This document shows positions 8,828-20,521 of a stretch of DNA of 64,000 nucleotides, one piece after another. Source of the DNA: an uncultured Gemmatimonadales bacterium (GTDB lineage: Bacteria; Gemmatimonadota; Gemmatimonadetes; Gemmatimonadales; GWC2-71-9). The notes beneath the pieces were generated by a model that saw nothing but the letters and a program-made list of their open reading frames with translations, searched no databases and was not told the origin of the DNA. The stretch is from the NCBI GenBank assembly GCA_963779755.1, contig CAVZZO010000003.1, forward strand, positions 448,001 through 512,000, read 5' to 3'. The stretch's first letter is position 1. Every line of letters begins with the position of its first letter. A program made the position numbers and the translations under genes.

Positions 8828-9983
8828 GGATGCGGCCGAGCCGGCGGGCCGCTTCGGCCAGCCGCCCGGCGCCTACGGTCAGCGCGATGCGGAAGAACCC
8901 CTCCCCACCCGGCCCGAAGGCGCTGCCGGCCAGCACCAGCACTCCTTCCTCCTCCAGCGCCCGGCGGGCGAACTGCGCCGAGGGCACCCCCTCGGGCAGC
9001 GGGACCCAGAGATACATCGCGGCCTGCGGCGACTCGGCCGGGAAGCCGGCCTGGCGCAGTGCGTCCACCCCGGCATCGCGCCGCCGCTGCAGCTCGGCCA
9101 CCAGCGGGGCCGCCAGCTGCTCGGTTTCGGCCACTACGGCCGCAGCGGCTTTCTGCAGCGCCAGAAAGACCCCGGTATCCACGTAGGACTTGACCCGCGC
9201 CAGCGCGGCGATCAGCTCCGGCGCCCCGGCCGCCCAACCCACCCGCCAGCCCGTCATGGAGAAGGTCTTCGACAACGAGAAGAACTCGATCGCGATCTCC
9301 CGCGCACCCGCGATCTCGAAGATGCCGGGCGCCCGGTAGCCGTCGAAGCCGATCTCGCTGTAGGCGTTGTCGTAGGCCAGCAGAATGTCGTGCTTGCGGC
9401 AGAGGCCGACGGTGCGCTCGAGATAGTCCCGGGGAGCGACGGCCGCCGTCGGGTTGTTGGGATAGTTGAGGAAGACCAGCTTCGCCCGCCGCAACACGTC
9501 TTCCGGCAGTTCGTCCAGTTCCAGCAGAAAACCGGTGCGCGGCGTGAGCGGCACCACATGCGGGGTCCCGCCCGCCAGCAGGGTCCCGCCCAGATAGGCC
9601 TGATAGCCCGGCTCCGGCACGATGGCCACGTCGCCCGGGTCGAGCACCGTGAACGGCAGATGGGCAATCCCCTCCTTCGACCCGATGAGCGGCAGCAGCT
9701 CGGCGGCCGGATCGAACCGCTGGCCGAAGCGCCGTTCCATCCACGCGGCGATGGCCTGGCGGAACTCCGGCAACCCCTGCTGAAAGCCGTATTTGCTCAG
9801 CGCGGGCGTGCCCAGCGCCTCGCGCAGCGACTCCACCGCCGCGCTGGGTGGCGGCAGATCCACGTCCCCCGCGCCCAGGTCGATGACATCCATGCCTTCC
9901 TGGATGAGGCGCCGCTTGATGGCCGGCAGCTCGGCCAGGGGGTAGCCGGGGAGCGCCTGGAGGGTGTGGCTGAACTTGATCAT
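8787..9983 (-). CDS. PLP-dependent class I/II aminotransferase (LL-diaminopimelate aminotransferase-like)
   Basis: LIGSKEGIAH, LNYPNNPT, DNAYSEI, SLSKTFSMTGWRVG; start at MIKFSHT. Confidence 0.9.
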   Translation of the reverse strand: MIKFSHTLQALPGYPLAELPAIKRRLIQEGMDVIDLGAGDVDLPPPSAAVESLREALGTPALSKYGFQQGLPEFRQAIAAWMERRFGQRFDPAAELLPLIGSKEGIAHLPFTVLDPGDVAIVPEPGYQAYLGGTLLAGGTPHVVPLTPRTGFLLELDELPEDVLRRAKLVFLNYPNNPTAAVAPRDYLERTVGLCRKHDILLAYDNAYSEIGFDGYRAPGIFEIAGAREIAIEFFSLSKTFSMTGWRVGWAAGAPELIAALARVKSYVDTGVFLALQKAAAAVVAETEQLAAPLVAELQRRRDAGVDALRQAGFPAESPQAAMYLWVPLPEGVPSAQFARRALEEEGVLVLAGSAFGPGGEGFFRIALTVGAGRLAEAARRLGRIRAALGSGPVAAST

Positions 9984-10024
9984 GGTCCGGTCTCTTGCCT
10001 GGTTATCGGTGGGGGGCGCACCGG

Positions 10025-10642
10025 TCACTGCTCACGCCTCACCGTATTCCGCAGCACTCCCACCCCCGACACCTCCACCTCCACCACGTCGCCGTCTTCC
10101 AGCTTCCCCACCCCGGCCGGCGTGCCGGTCGCGATCAGGTCGCCGGGCTCCAGCGTCATGATCCCACTGATGTAGGCCAGCAGGAACGGGATGGAAAAGT
10201 GCATGTCCCTGGCCGCGCCGCGCTGCCGTTCCTGGCCGTTCACTCGTCCGAGAACCTCCAGCTCGCGCCAGTCGAGCCCGCTCACCACCCGAGGCCCCAC
10301 GGGGCAGAAGGTATCGAAGCCCTTGGCCCGGCCCCACTGACCATCCGTCTTCTGGAGATCGCGGGCGGTGACGTCGTTCACACAGGTGAATCCGCCGATC
10401 GCCGCCTGCGCCTCGTCCTCGCCCGCATGCCGCAGCCGCCGGCCCACCACCACGCCGATTTCGGCCTCGTGTTCCACCTGGCTGGATGCCCCGGGCAGGA
10501 GAATCGCCTCGTCGGGCCCGATGATGGCGCTGGGCGGCTTGAAAAAGAGCATCGGCTGGGACGGGACGGCGTTGCCCAGCTCTTTGGCATGGGCCGGATA
10601 GTTGCGCCCCACGCAGATGATCTTCGACGGGGTGTCGATCAT
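10025..10642 (-). CDS. Fumarylacetoacetate hydrolase family protein
   Basis: KIICVGRNY, EHEAE, NDVTARD, AKGFDTFCPVGP, GDLIATGTPAGVG. Confidence 0.93.
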   Translation of the reverse strand: MIDTPSKIICVGRNYPAHAKELGNAVPSQPMLFFKPPSAIIGPDEAILLPGASSQVEHEAEIGVVVGRRLRHAGEDEAQAAIGGFTCVNDVTARDLQKTDGQWGRAKGFDTFCPVGPRVVSGLDWRELEVLGRVNGQERQRGAARDMHFSIPFLLAYISGIMTLEPGDLIATGTPAGVGKLEDGDVVEVEVSGVGVLRNTVRREQ

Positions 10643-13140
10643 ACGCTCGCTCCGATTCCGTGACGGGCGAAGAAGTCTTCCACTCGAGACAGCACCTGTT
10701 GCCAGCTCCCCACGATCCGGTCGGCCCGGGGCAGGCCGCTCAGCACCAGCGGGCCGTAGCGTTTGGTAATGACCCGGCGGTCGAGCAGCACCACCACGCC
10801 CACGTCGCTGCCGGAACGGATGAGCCGCCCGAACCCCTGCTTCAACTTGAGGGCGGCGTGCGGCAGGAGGTAGTGCATGAAGCCGTCCTCCCCCTGCTCC
10901 GCCAGCCGCTCCAGCCGGGCCTGGGTGATCGGCTCGCTGGGGACCTTGAAGGGGAGCTTGGTGAGCACCAGCGTGCGCAAGGCGCGGCCCGGCACATCCA
11001 CCCCCTCCCAGAAGGAGTCGGTCCCCAGCAGAATGGCGTTCCCCGCATCGCGAAAGCGCCGCAGCAGGAGATCGCGCGGGCCTTCGCCCTGCACCAGAAT
11101 GGGCCAGCGGTTCCCCAGGCTTCCCTGGAGCTCGGCGGCCACGCGGCGCAGGGCGGCGTAGCTGGTAAAGAGGACGAACATCCCGCCGTCCGACGCATAG
11201 GCCAGGTCGCTCACCACCTGGGCCACCGCGGAGGCATGGGTATGCTCATCCTCCCGGGGGTCGGGCATGTCGTCCGGAATGCCGAAGAGGCACTGGGACA
11301 GAAAATCGAAAGGCGAGGGGAGGATTTCCCGGACCGTGACCGGACTGGGTTCGTGCCGCAGCCCCAGCCGCGACTCCAGAAAATCAAACTCGCCAGCGGC
11401 CGCCAGGGTGGCGCTGGTGAGGGCGACGGTCTTCACCCGGTCGAAGAGCAGCTCGCGCAACACCGGGGCCAGGTCGATGGGCACCGCCGCCAGGCCCACG
11501 TTCTGTCCCCGCGAGCCGGTCCGTTCCAGCCAGCGCACGGTGGGATCGCCGCCGGGCACCGGCCGCAGCGTAAGGTTGAGGGCATCGGAGGCGCTCTCCA
11601 GCCGGCGCACCACCGCCCGCATTTCCTGCAGCAGCTGACCCCGGCGCTCCGACTCCTCGCCCTCGGCCATCCGGTCGGCGATGGTCTCCACATGATCCTT
11701 GAGCGCGCGGAAGGCACCCAGGACGTCGTCCAGCTCGCGCCCCAGCCCCTCCGGCCAGACGGGATCGGCGGCGAAGTCGTCGCCCAGGCGAAACACACCG
11801 CCCTGCACCGCCCCCACCCGGGCATGCAGCCGGAGCAGCATGGCCTCGGTGGCCCGGCGCGCCGTGGCGAGCGAGGGCAGCAGCCGTTGCTGCAGGAGGT
11901 CGAGGCTGGCACGGCTCAGGAGATCGCCCCGGCTGGACAACTCCCAGCTGAGCGCCGGCGCCAGCCCGCGGCCGTTGCGTTCGAAGCGCGAGAGCAGGCG
12001 CCGGAGACCATAGCTCGAGAGATGCACGCCCAGGTGATTCGCGGCGACGTCCTCCAGATGGTGGGCCTCGTCCAGGATCAGCCGCTGGTAGGGCGGCAAC
12101 ACGGCGGCATCCTGCCAGTTGTCCTGCGCCCGCCGGACGGCCAGGTCGGCCGCCAGCAGATGGTGGTTGACCACTACGACATCGGCCTCGGCGGCCCTGC
12201 GGCGGGCGGCGAAGAGAAAGCAGCGGTCGAAGTACTGGCATTTCACCCGGCTGCAGAGATCGGCCTCGGCGCTCACTTCGTCCCACACCTCGTGGCTGGG
12301 CGTGGCCGGCAGATCGCTCAGCGTGCCGTCGGCGGTATGGCCGGCCCAGGCGGCGATGGCCGCGAGCTCATCGAGCTTGTCGGGCTCGAGCAGGCTGCGC
12401 TGGGCGCCCACCGCCTGGTGCAGCCGCAGCAGGCAGAGATAGTTCCGCCACCCCTTGAGCAGCGCGTAGGTGGGCTCGCGTTCACCGTCCGCCAGGGCGC
12501 GGCGTAGCAGGGGCAGGTCTTTTCCCACCAGCTGTTCCTGCAGATTGATGGTGTTGGTGCTGACCACGGTACGTTCGTCGTTGGCGCGGGCCCAGGCCAG
12601 CGCCGGCACCAGATAGGCGAACGACTTCCCCACGCCGGTGCCCGCCTCCAGCAGGACCACGCCCCCGTCGTTGTACGCGTCGGCGATGTAGGCGGCCATA
12701 TCGCGCTGGCTGGGACGGTCTTCATACTGGCCCAGAACCCCCGCCACCGGCCCCTGCTCGCCCAGGGTGGCCACCACGCCCAGGGTGTCGAGCGGGGTGG
12801 CCCGGCGGCTGCGCGGGACCTCCACCACTACATAGAGCTCGCAGGCCTGGTTATCGATGATGCCGAACCCGATGCCGCCGTCGTGCAGCCGGGCGGCGAC
12901 GCCCAGATCGGGCGGGGAGGGATCGAGCCGGCCGCTGGGGTGGTTGTGGAGGACCATTTCGCCCCGCCGGGCGATGCCCGGCAGAGCCAGGACCATGTCC
13001 ACCGTGCCCCGCGCCACGGCACGCGCCCCGGTGATGACGCCATCGGCATCGACATCCGCGACGAACGAGACCTCGCGGCCGCCGGCGGCGGCGATCTCAT
13101 CCGCCAGGATACGGCGGGCGGCGGGCGAGAGACGATCCAT
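10639..13140 (-). CDS. DinG/XPD-family Fe-S helicase with N-terminal RadC-like JAB domain
   Basis: N-terminal E...HNHPSGRLDPSPPD (JAMM); RPSQ Q-motif, EAGTGVGKS, four Cys (NYLC...LCSRVKC...DRC), DEAH, SATL, FWEGVDVPG, QGFGRLIR. Confidence 0.92.
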   Translation of the reverse strand: MDRLSPAARRILADEIAAAGGREVSFVADVDADGVITGARAVARGTVDMVLALPGIARRGEMVLHNHPSGRLDPSPPDLGVAARLHDGGIGFGIIDNQACELYVVVEVPRSRRATPLDTLGVVATLGEQGPVAGVLGQYEDRPSQRDMAAYIADAYNDGGVVLLEAGTGVGKSFAYLVPALAWARANDERTVVSTNTINLQEQLVGKDLPLLRRALADGEREPTYALLKGWRNYLCLLRLHQAVGAQRSLLEPDKLDELAAIAAWAGHTADGTLSDLPATPSHEVWDEVSAEADLCSRVKCQYFDRCFLFAARRRAAEADVVVVNHHLLAADLAVRRAQDNWQDAAVLPPYQRLILDEAHHLEDVAANHLGVHLSSYGLRRLLSRFERNGRGLAPALSWELSSRGDLLSRASLDLLQQRLLPSLATARRATEAMLLRLHARVGAVQGGVFRLGDDFAADPVWPEGLGRELDDVLGAFRALKDHVETIADRMAEGEESERRGQLLQEMRAVVRRLESASDALNLTLRPVPGGDPTVRWLERTGSRGQNVGLAAVPIDLAPVLRELLFDRVKTVALTSATLAAAGEFDFLESRLGLRHEPSPVTVREILPSPFDFLSQCLFGIPDDMPDPREDEHTHASAVAQVVSDLAYASDGGMFVLFTSYAALRRVAAELQGSLGNRWPILVQGEGPRDLLLRRFRDAGNAILLGTDSFWEGVDVPGRALRTLVLTKLPFKVPSEPITQARLERLAEQGEDGFMHYLLPHAALKLKQGFGRLIRSGSDVGVVVLLDRRVITKRYGPLVLSGLPRADRIVGSWQQVLSRVEDFFARHGIGASV

Positions 13141-13193
13141 GCGGGGACAGCTTCCGGCCGGAGGGTGAACAGGCTGGGGGAATCGCGCGAAAG

Positions 13194-14270
13194 TTAACTC
13201 AGCCGCTGGCCGTTGTCGTGGGCAAAAAAATGCAGATGGTCACGCTGGAAGCGAAGGCCGGCACCGGTATTCTCCTCCGGTGCGCTGTCGGCGGGCGCCA
13301 GCACCCGGAGGGCGGGGATACCGGCGGCGCCCAGGTGAAGCAGGACCTCGCGGCCCAGCGGTTCCGCCACATCCACTCTCGCGTCGATGTCTCCCTCCCC
13401 CGGCGCGGTCAGCCGGATATCCGAGGGACGGACGCCCAGCGTAACCGGCCCTTCAGCCGCCGGCAGTTGGTCCAGCGAGATGTCCCAGCCGTCGGCCTGG
13501 AAGACTGACCGGCCGTCCCGTCGAACCAGCGCTCCCGGGAAGAAGTTCATGGCCGGCGAGCCGATGAACCCCGCGACAAACCGGTTGGCGGGCCGCCGGT
13601 AGACCTCCATCGGCCGGGCGTACTGCTGCAGGCGCCCCTGGTGCATGACCGCCACCCGGTCGCTCAGGGTCATGGCCTCTTCCTGGTCGTGCGTGACGTA
13701 GAGCATGGTGGCGCCCAGCCGCCGTTGCATCCGTGCCAGCTCGGTTCGGGTCTCCACCCGCAGGCGGGCATCGAGGTTGGACAGCGGCTCGTCCAGCAGA
13801 AAGCCCCGGGGCTCCCGCACCATGGCCCGCCCCAGCGCCACACGCTGTCGCTGCCCGCCGGAGAGCTGCCGGGGCTTCCGCTCCAGCAGCTCGCCGATGC
13901 CGAGCTGTTCCGCCACCCGGGAGACGCGGGCGTCGATGGCACCAGCATCCTGTTTCTGCATTCGCAGCGGAAAGGCGAGGTTCTGGCGCACCGTCTTGTG
14001 AGGGTAGAGCGCGTAGGACTGGAAGACCATGGCAAGGTCCCGCGCCTGCGGCGGCAGCGCGGTGATGTCCCGCCCGCCCAGCAGGATCCGCCCGCCGGTG
14101 GGGTGCTCCAGCCCGGCCACCAGCCGCAATGTGGTGCTCTTGCCAGAGCCCGAGGGGCCCACCAGCACCACGAATTCCCCGTCGTTCACCTCGAGATCGA
14201 GGCTGGCCACCGCCGGTACCGCGGCGCCCGGGTAGGTCTTGGCGATGTGCTCGAGGCGTATGGTTGCCAT
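13194..14270 (-). CDS. Sugar ABC transporter ATP-binding protein (MalK/UgpC type)
   Basis: GPSGSGKST, LSGGQRQR, LLDEPLSNLD, FVAGFIGSPAMN, C-terminal TOBE-like region. Confidence 0.95.
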   Translation of the reverse strand: MATIRLEHIAKTYPGAAVPAVASLDLEVNDGEFVVLVGPSGSGKSTTLRLVAGLEHPTGGRILLGGRDITALPPQARDLAMVFQSYALYPHKTVRQNLAFPLRMQKQDAGAIDARVSRVAEQLGIGELLERKPRQLSGGQRQRVALGRAMVREPRGFLLDEPLSNLDARLRVETRTELARMQRRLGATMLYVTHDQEEAMTLSDRVAVMHQGRLQQYARPMEVYRRPANRFVAGFIGSPAMNFFPGALVRRDGRSVFQADGWDISLDQLPAAEGPVTLGVRPSDIRLTAPGEGDIDARVDVAEPLGREVLLHLGAAGIPALRVLAPADSAPEENTGAGLRFQRDHLHFFAHDNGQRLS

Positions 14271-14325
14271 CTATGCTCCCCAACCCAGGCGGCGTCTTCC
14301 GGTGTAAGCAATCGAGTGCATGCTA

Positions 14326-15177
14326 TCAGCCTTTCACTGCCCCGGACGTCAGCCCCTGAACGATCCGGCGCTGGAAGAACAGCACCAGCACCGCCACCGG
14401 CGCCGTGGCGACCACGGCTGCGGCGAGGATCTGCCCCCAGGGCACCTGATACTGCCCCCGGAACAGCGCGATCGCCACCGGCACCGTCTGCCGCTCCGGC
14501 CCCAGCGTGAACGACAGCGCGAAGAGAAACTCGTTCCAGCAGTACACCAGCGTCAGGATACCGGTGGCGGCAAGCCCCGGCAGCGCGAGCGGCAGAATGA
14601 TCTCGCGCAAGATGCGCAGCCGGCCCGCCCCATCCATCATGGCTGCCTCTTCCAGCTCGCGCGGCAACTGGCGGAAAAAACTGGTGAGCAGCCAGACGGT
14701 CAGCGGCATGGCGAAGGTGAGGTACGGCAGCACCAGGCCGGGATAGGTATTGATGAGCCCCAGGCTCCGCAGCAGCAGGTAGAGCGGCGAGACGATCGAG
14801 ATCTGGGGGAACATGGAGACCGCCAGCACGAACCCGAGCACCAGCGACTTGCCGCGGAACTGCAGCCGGGCCAGGGCATAGGCGCAGAGCGACCCCAGCA
14901 GCAGGCACAGGAGGGTCGTGGCGCCGGCCACCACCAGAGAATTGCGGATGGGAAGCCAGAAATTCCGCTGGGTGAAGAGGGCGCGGTAGTGCTCCAGCAC
15001 CGGCGCCGCGGGGAACAGGGCCGGATGGGAGAAGAGGGTCGCCTCCGGCGTGACGGACGCGACGAGCATCCAGTACAGAGGGCCTGCCGCGGCCACCACC
15101 ACCGCGACCGTGGCGAACCGGCGGAGGAACCCCCAGCCCGCCGAGTACGCCGAGGCGCCCGAGCCAGTCCTAGTCAT
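14326..15177 (-). CDS. Carbohydrate ABC transporter permease (MalG type)
   Basis: ELEEAAMMDGA EAA loop, WNEFLFAL, GLTSGAVKG. Confidence 0.95.
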   Translation of the reverse strand: MTRTGSGASAYSAGWGFLRRFATVAVVVAAAGPLYWMLVASVTPEATLFSHPALFPAAPVLEHYRALFTQRNFWLPIRNSLVVAGATTLLCLLLGSLCAYALARLQFRGKSLVLGFVLAVSMFPQISIVSPLYLLLRSLGLINTYPGLVLPYLTFAMPLTVWLLTSFFRQLPRELEEAAMMDGAGRLRILREIILPLALPGLAATGILTLVYCWNEFLFALSFTLGPERQTVPVAIALFRGQYQVPWGQILAAAVVATAPVAVLVLFFQRRIVQGLTSGAVKG

Positions 15178-16059
15178 TGGTACTCAGCCGGACCCCCAGC
15201 ACCCTGATATAGAACACCGCCAGCAGGAACGTGATCAGGAAGATCACCACCGACAGTGCCGCCCCGTACCCGAAGCGCAGGTCCTGGAGCAACGCGGTGA
15301 AGGTGTAGAGCGACAGTGGCTCGGTCGCGGTGCCGGGGCCGCCGCCGGTCAGCACGTAGATCAGGTCGAACACCCGGAACGCGTCCAGGGTGCGGAAGAT
15401 CAGCGCCACCAGAATGGCGGGCCGGAGCAGCGGCAGCGTAATGTGCACGAACTGGGCCCAGGTCCCCGCCCCGTCCATGCGGGCCGCCTCGTAGGATTCC
15501 TGGTCGATGGTCTGCAGGCCCGCCAGCAGCAGCAGGGCGACGAACGGCGTCGTCTTCCAGACATCGGCCAGGATGATGGGCACCCACGCGGCCGTGGCGT
15601 GCACAAACCAGAGGACCGGATGCGGGGCGAGTCCGGTCCCGGTCAGGACCGCGTTCGCGACGCTGTGCTCTCCGCCGAAGATGAACCGCCAGAGCAGCGC
15701 CGTCACCACGGTGGGAATGGCCCAGGGCACCAGGACCGCGGCGCGCACCGCGCCGCGCCCGCGGAAGGCCCGGTTGAGGACCAGCGCCACTACCAGGCCC
15801 AGGCACAGCTCCAGGCTCACGCTGATGCCCGTGAAGATCGCGGTATGCGCCAACGCTTCCCGGAACCGGGGGTCGTGCAGCAGCTCGGCGTAGTTGGCCA
15901 GCCCGACGAAGGGCGTGCCCCGCCAGGGCATGCGCAGATCATGCAGATGCAGCGACTCCCACAGCGCCCACGCCAGGGGGAAGATCGCCACCAGCACCAC
16001 CAGTCCCAGCGCCGGCAGCACCAGCCGCCAGGCCAGCCGCGATTCGCCCCGGCCGGCGT

Positions 16060-16063
<4 letters not shown>
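15170..16063 (-). CDS. Carbohydrate ABC transporter permease (MalF type)
   Basis: FVGLANY, DVWKTTPF, YEAARMDGA, LTGGGPG. Confidence 0.95.
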
Positions 16064-17298
<1,235 letters not shown>

Positions 17299-17328
17299 GG
17301 CGGGAGTCCGAGGCGTCAGTGCCTGATC

Positions 17329-17410
17329 CGGGTGGAAGGTCAACGGTCGAAGGGAGCAACCTGGGGGCAAGGAGAAGGGCCCTGATCCCCGGTTCCTGAT
17401 TGCTGGTCCC
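17329..17410. repeat. Two degenerate heptamer arrays (GGTCGAA family and CCTGATT family)
   Basis: ggtggaa ggtcaac ggtcgaa ... cctgatc cccggtt cctgatt gctggtc; abuts the upstream gene's TAG. Confidence 0.6.
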
Positions 17411-18714
17411 TAGGTTTTCAGCTCCTTCTTCTTGGCCGCCGGGAACAGCACGTTGTTGAGGATCAGACGGTAGCCCGGCGAATTAGGATGCAGCGACAGG
17501 TCCGTCGGCGGGTCGCCGATCTGATGCTGCGGGTCTTCCGGGTCGTGCCCGCCGTAGAAGGTCCAGGTGCCCTTGCCGTGGTCGCCGTGAATGTACTTGA
17601 CCCAGGGCGCGCCCGGCTCGTCGGCCAGCACCGTGACGCTGGGCTTGAGGGTGCGGCGGGTAAACGAGGTGGTGAGACCGTAGAAATCGGGCACCACCTG
17701 GCGATGGCTCTGCACCAGCATGGAAGGCACGGGATCGATCTTGGCGCTGAAATTGAACAAGCTGAACGAGCCCAGCGGCTGCCGTGCCCCCGGCACGTTG
17801 ACCTGGTGCCCGTCGATATCCGAGAAGGCCGAGAGGGTCGGGTTCAGGACCAGCGTCGCGTCCTGAAAGGCCAGACTGCGGGTCCAGTCCATCTTGCGGG
17901 TGGCATCCGGATCCATGGGAGAGCCGTCGGCGTAGGCGGCGGCGATATCCACCCCGTGGCTCGCCAGCGCCAGGTCGATGGTTTCGGTGGCGGTACACAT
18001 GGCAAAGAGAAACCCGCCCCGGCCCACGTAGGCGGCGATCGCCTCCGCCACGGCGCGCTTCTCGGCCGGCACGTTGGGAAAGCCCTGGCGCGACGCCATG
18101 GCGGTATTGCGGCTGACCATGTCGCTGAGCCAGGGGGCGCCCGCGTAGGTCAGGAAGAACTTCGAGTACTGGCCGGTGAAGTCCTCGTGGTGCAGATGGA
18201 GCCAGTCGTAGTGGCGCAGCGCATCCGAGAGCACGGCTTCATCCCAGACCTTCTCGAAATCGATCCCCGCGTATTGCAGGGCCATGGTGACGGCATCGTC
18301 CCACGGCGCCGCGTTGGGCGGCACATACACCGCAATCCGGGGCGACTTCTCCAGGGGCACCGCTTCCGTATTCTCCTGCGCGATCTGCGCCCGGATGGCA
18401 GTCACCTGCCCGGGATCCACCGGCTCGGTGGTGACGCCCGCCAGCGCCGCATCGCGCGCGGTGACGGCATCCGCCGGGATGAGAAACGACCCGCCCCGGT
18501 AGTTCAGGAACCACTCGGCGCGGCCGCCGCGCTGAATGACCCGATAGGTCACCCCGTAGGCCTTGAGGTGATCCTGCTGCCGGTCGTCCATGGGCACCAG
18601 CAGACTGGCCTCGGCGCCCAGGCGCGCGGCCAGCACACGGCCCAACGGCGCTGAGCCCAGCCAGGCCGCCGCCAGGCCGCCGCCGGAATGCCGGAAAAAC
18701 TCCCGGCGCTTCAT
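17410..18714 (-). CDS. Tat-exported class I glutamine-amidotransferase-like protein (family often mis-annotated as asparagine synthetase B)
   Basis: MKRREFFR twin-arginine signal; HLKAYG, PWDDAVT, WLHLHHEDFTGQY, GGFLFAMC, GGHDPED, GYRLILNNVLFPAA. Confidence 0.75.
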   Translation of the reverse strand: MKRREFFRHSGGGLAAAWLGSAPLGRVLAARLGAEASLLVPMDDRQQDHLKAYGVTYRVIQRGGRAEWFLNYRGGSFLIPADAVTARDAALAGVTTEPVDPGQVTAIRAQIAQENTEAVPLEKSPRIAVYVPPNAAPWDDAVTMALQYAGIDFEKVWDEAVLSDALRHYDWLHLHHEDFTGQYSKFFLTYAGAPWLSDMVSRNTAMASRQGFPNVPAEKRAVAEAIAAYVGRGGFLFAMCTATETIDLALASHGVDIAAAYADGSPMDPDATRKMDWTRSLAFQDATLVLNPTLSAFSDIDGHQVNVPGARQPLGSFSLFNFSAKIDPVPSMLVQSHRQVVPDFYGLTTSFTRRTLKPSVTVLADEPGAPWVKYIHGDHGKGTWTFYGGHDPEDPQHQIGDPPTDLSLHPNSPGYRLILNNVLFPAAKKKELKT

Positions 18715-20438
18715 GTCCTGGGCACCGCCCCCCGCACCTCGTCCAGCAGGCGCCGGGCTTGCGGCACCACCGCGCTCGCCGGATAGGTGAGGATCAGCTC
18801 TTCGAGCAGCGGCACGGCATCGGCCGGCCGCTGGAGCGATACCAGGAGCCGGGCCAGCGCCAGCTGCGCGGCGGGCGCGGTCGCGGGCGCCGCGCTGTCG
18901 ATCGCCGCGCGCAGCAGCGGCTCGGCCTCGGCCGGATGCGCACCGGCCGCCGCCAGCTGCCCCGCCTGAAGCAGCAGCTCGGCGCCGCCCGCGCCCGCCG
19001 CCAGCCGGTGCCCCAATGCGGCGAACTCGCTCTGGGCCCGGGCGCTGTCCCCCTGCTCCAGGGTGAGGAAGGCCAAGCCCAGCTCCGGCAGGGTGTCGGC
19101 CGTCACCTGCTGCAGCAGCGCCAGCAGCGAGGCCCGCGCGGTGGCCGCTTCGCGAGATCCGGCGTAGGGCCCGGCGGATTCCAGCAGCTTGCGCGCCCCC
19201 ACCAGATCACCCGCGAAGAGATGCAGCCGGCCGGCCAGCGCCAGCCCATCCACCGTGCTGTCCCCCGCCATCGCGGCCGCCGCGCGGTCCAGTTTACCCC
19301 CACGGGCCCAGCCCAGGGCCAGCTCGCGCCTGAGCCGCTGTTGCTGGGCGACGCTCAGCGCCCTGCCTTCGCGGGCCAGCTCCTGCTCCGCCTGGTCCAG
19401 ATGGCCTTCGGCGATCAGCACCTCCACCAGTGTGGTGCCCGCATCGGCCGCCATCGAGGGAGGCGCCGAGCCGTCGCGGGTGAGTACCGCGAGCATGCGG
19501 CGCGCCGCCTCCGCATCGCCCGATTCCGCATAGGCGCGGGCCGCCTCCAGCCGCACCTGCGCTGCCGGCGCACCGGTCAGGCGCTCCCCCATAGCCTCCA
19601 GCGTCATGCCGCGAACCCGTTTCGCTTCGCTGCCCGACAGCACCTGCACCTCCCGCTGGAAGCCGCGCAGCAGCTCCAGCGCCGCCGGGCCGGAAGCGGG
19701 CAGGGCGGCCTGGAGCCGCTGATAACCGGCCAGGGGTTCGCCCCAGCGCGCCTGCAGCATCGCTTCGATCTGCATGGCCAGGGCGCTCTTGTCGGCATTG
19801 AGCGCGTCCAGCACCGCCGAGCGCGCGGCGCCCGGCACCGTACTCAGCGCGTTGACCGCGGCCATGCGATACCCCGGGAGGTTCTGCACCGCCAGCAGCC
19901 ATTCGTGCACCGCCCGGGGGTAGTCCCGGTCCATCAGCGCCACTTGCGCCATCTCCGGGGCCAGGACATTGTCGCGGCCCAGCCGCTGCCGGGCGATCGC
20001 GTAGATGTTCTCGGCCTCCTGCCGCCGCCCGCGTGACAGCGCCACGGATGCCCATTCGCGGTACGGGGTTTCGTCGTTGGGTTGCGCCTGCGACCACAGC
20101 TCCACCACCCGGGCCGCGCTATCCGGCTGCCCCACGGCATAGAAGGCGCGCAGGGCCACGCTGTAGACGGCATTGGCGCCGGGCCTGGCCTGCAGCGCTG
20201 CCCGCACCTGCGGCAGGATGTCCTGGATCCGGTTCATGGCGGTGAGCGCCCGCTCCAGCCCCAGCAGTCCCGACGCATCGTCGGGATGGCCCTTGAGTAC
20301 CTCCCGGTACGCTGCCGCCGCACCGGCATAGTCGCCCTTGCGCTCCAGCTCGAACGCGCGGGTGAGCTGTTCCTGGGCCATGAGCCGGGCGGGGAGCAGC
20401 GCGACAAGCGCCAGAACCATGAGCATCCACGGTCTCAT
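18711..20438 (-). CDS. Secreted tetratricopeptide-repeat protein
   Basis: Signal peptide MRPWMLMVLALVALLPARLMAQ; repeated TPR-like helices; C-terminal LEELILTYPASAVVPQAR. Confidence 0.8.
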   Translation of the reverse strand: MRPWMLMVLALVALLPARLMAQEQLTRAFELERKGDYAGAAAAYREVLKGHPDDASGLLGLERALTAMNRIQDILPQVRAALQARPGANAVYSVALRAFYAVGQPDSAARVVELWSQAQPNDETPYREWASVALSRGRRQEAENIYAIARQRLGRDNVLAPEMAQVALMDRDYPRAVHEWLLAVQNLPGYRMAAVNALSTVPGAARSAVLDALNADKSALAMQIEAMLQARWGEPLAGYQRLQAALPASGPAALELLRGFQREVQVLSGSEAKRVRGMTLEAMGERLTGAPAAQVRLEAARAYAESGDAEAARRMLAVLTRDGSAPPSMAADAGTTLVEVLIAEGHLDQAEQELAREGRALSVAQQQRLRRELALGWARGGKLDRAAAAMAGDSTVDGLALAGRLHLFAGDLVGARKLLESAGPYAGSREAATARASLLALLQQVTADTLPELGLAFLTLEQGDSARAQSEFAALGHRLAAGAGGAELLLQAGQLAAAGAHPAEAEPLLRAAIDSAAPATAPAAQLALARLLVSLQRPADAVPLLEELILTYPASAVVPQARRLLDEVRGAVPRT

Positions 20439-20449
20439 CCCGCGAGCAC

Positions 20450-20520
20450 GGTCGAAGGTCGAAGGTCGAAGGTCGAAGACCGCTCCCCCCCGATTCCCGA
20501 TTCCTGATTCCCGATTCCTG
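20450..20520. repeat. Adjacent heptamer arrays (GGTCGAA)x4 and (YGATTCC)x4
   Basis: ggtcgaa x4, spacer, cgattcc cgattcc tgattcc cgattcc. Confidence 0.9.
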
Positions 20521-20521
20521 C

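Noticed and set aside
17410..18714. Literal asparagine synthetase B call
   Set aside because: No N-terminal Cys Ntn domain or SGGLDS motif; has a Tat signal.
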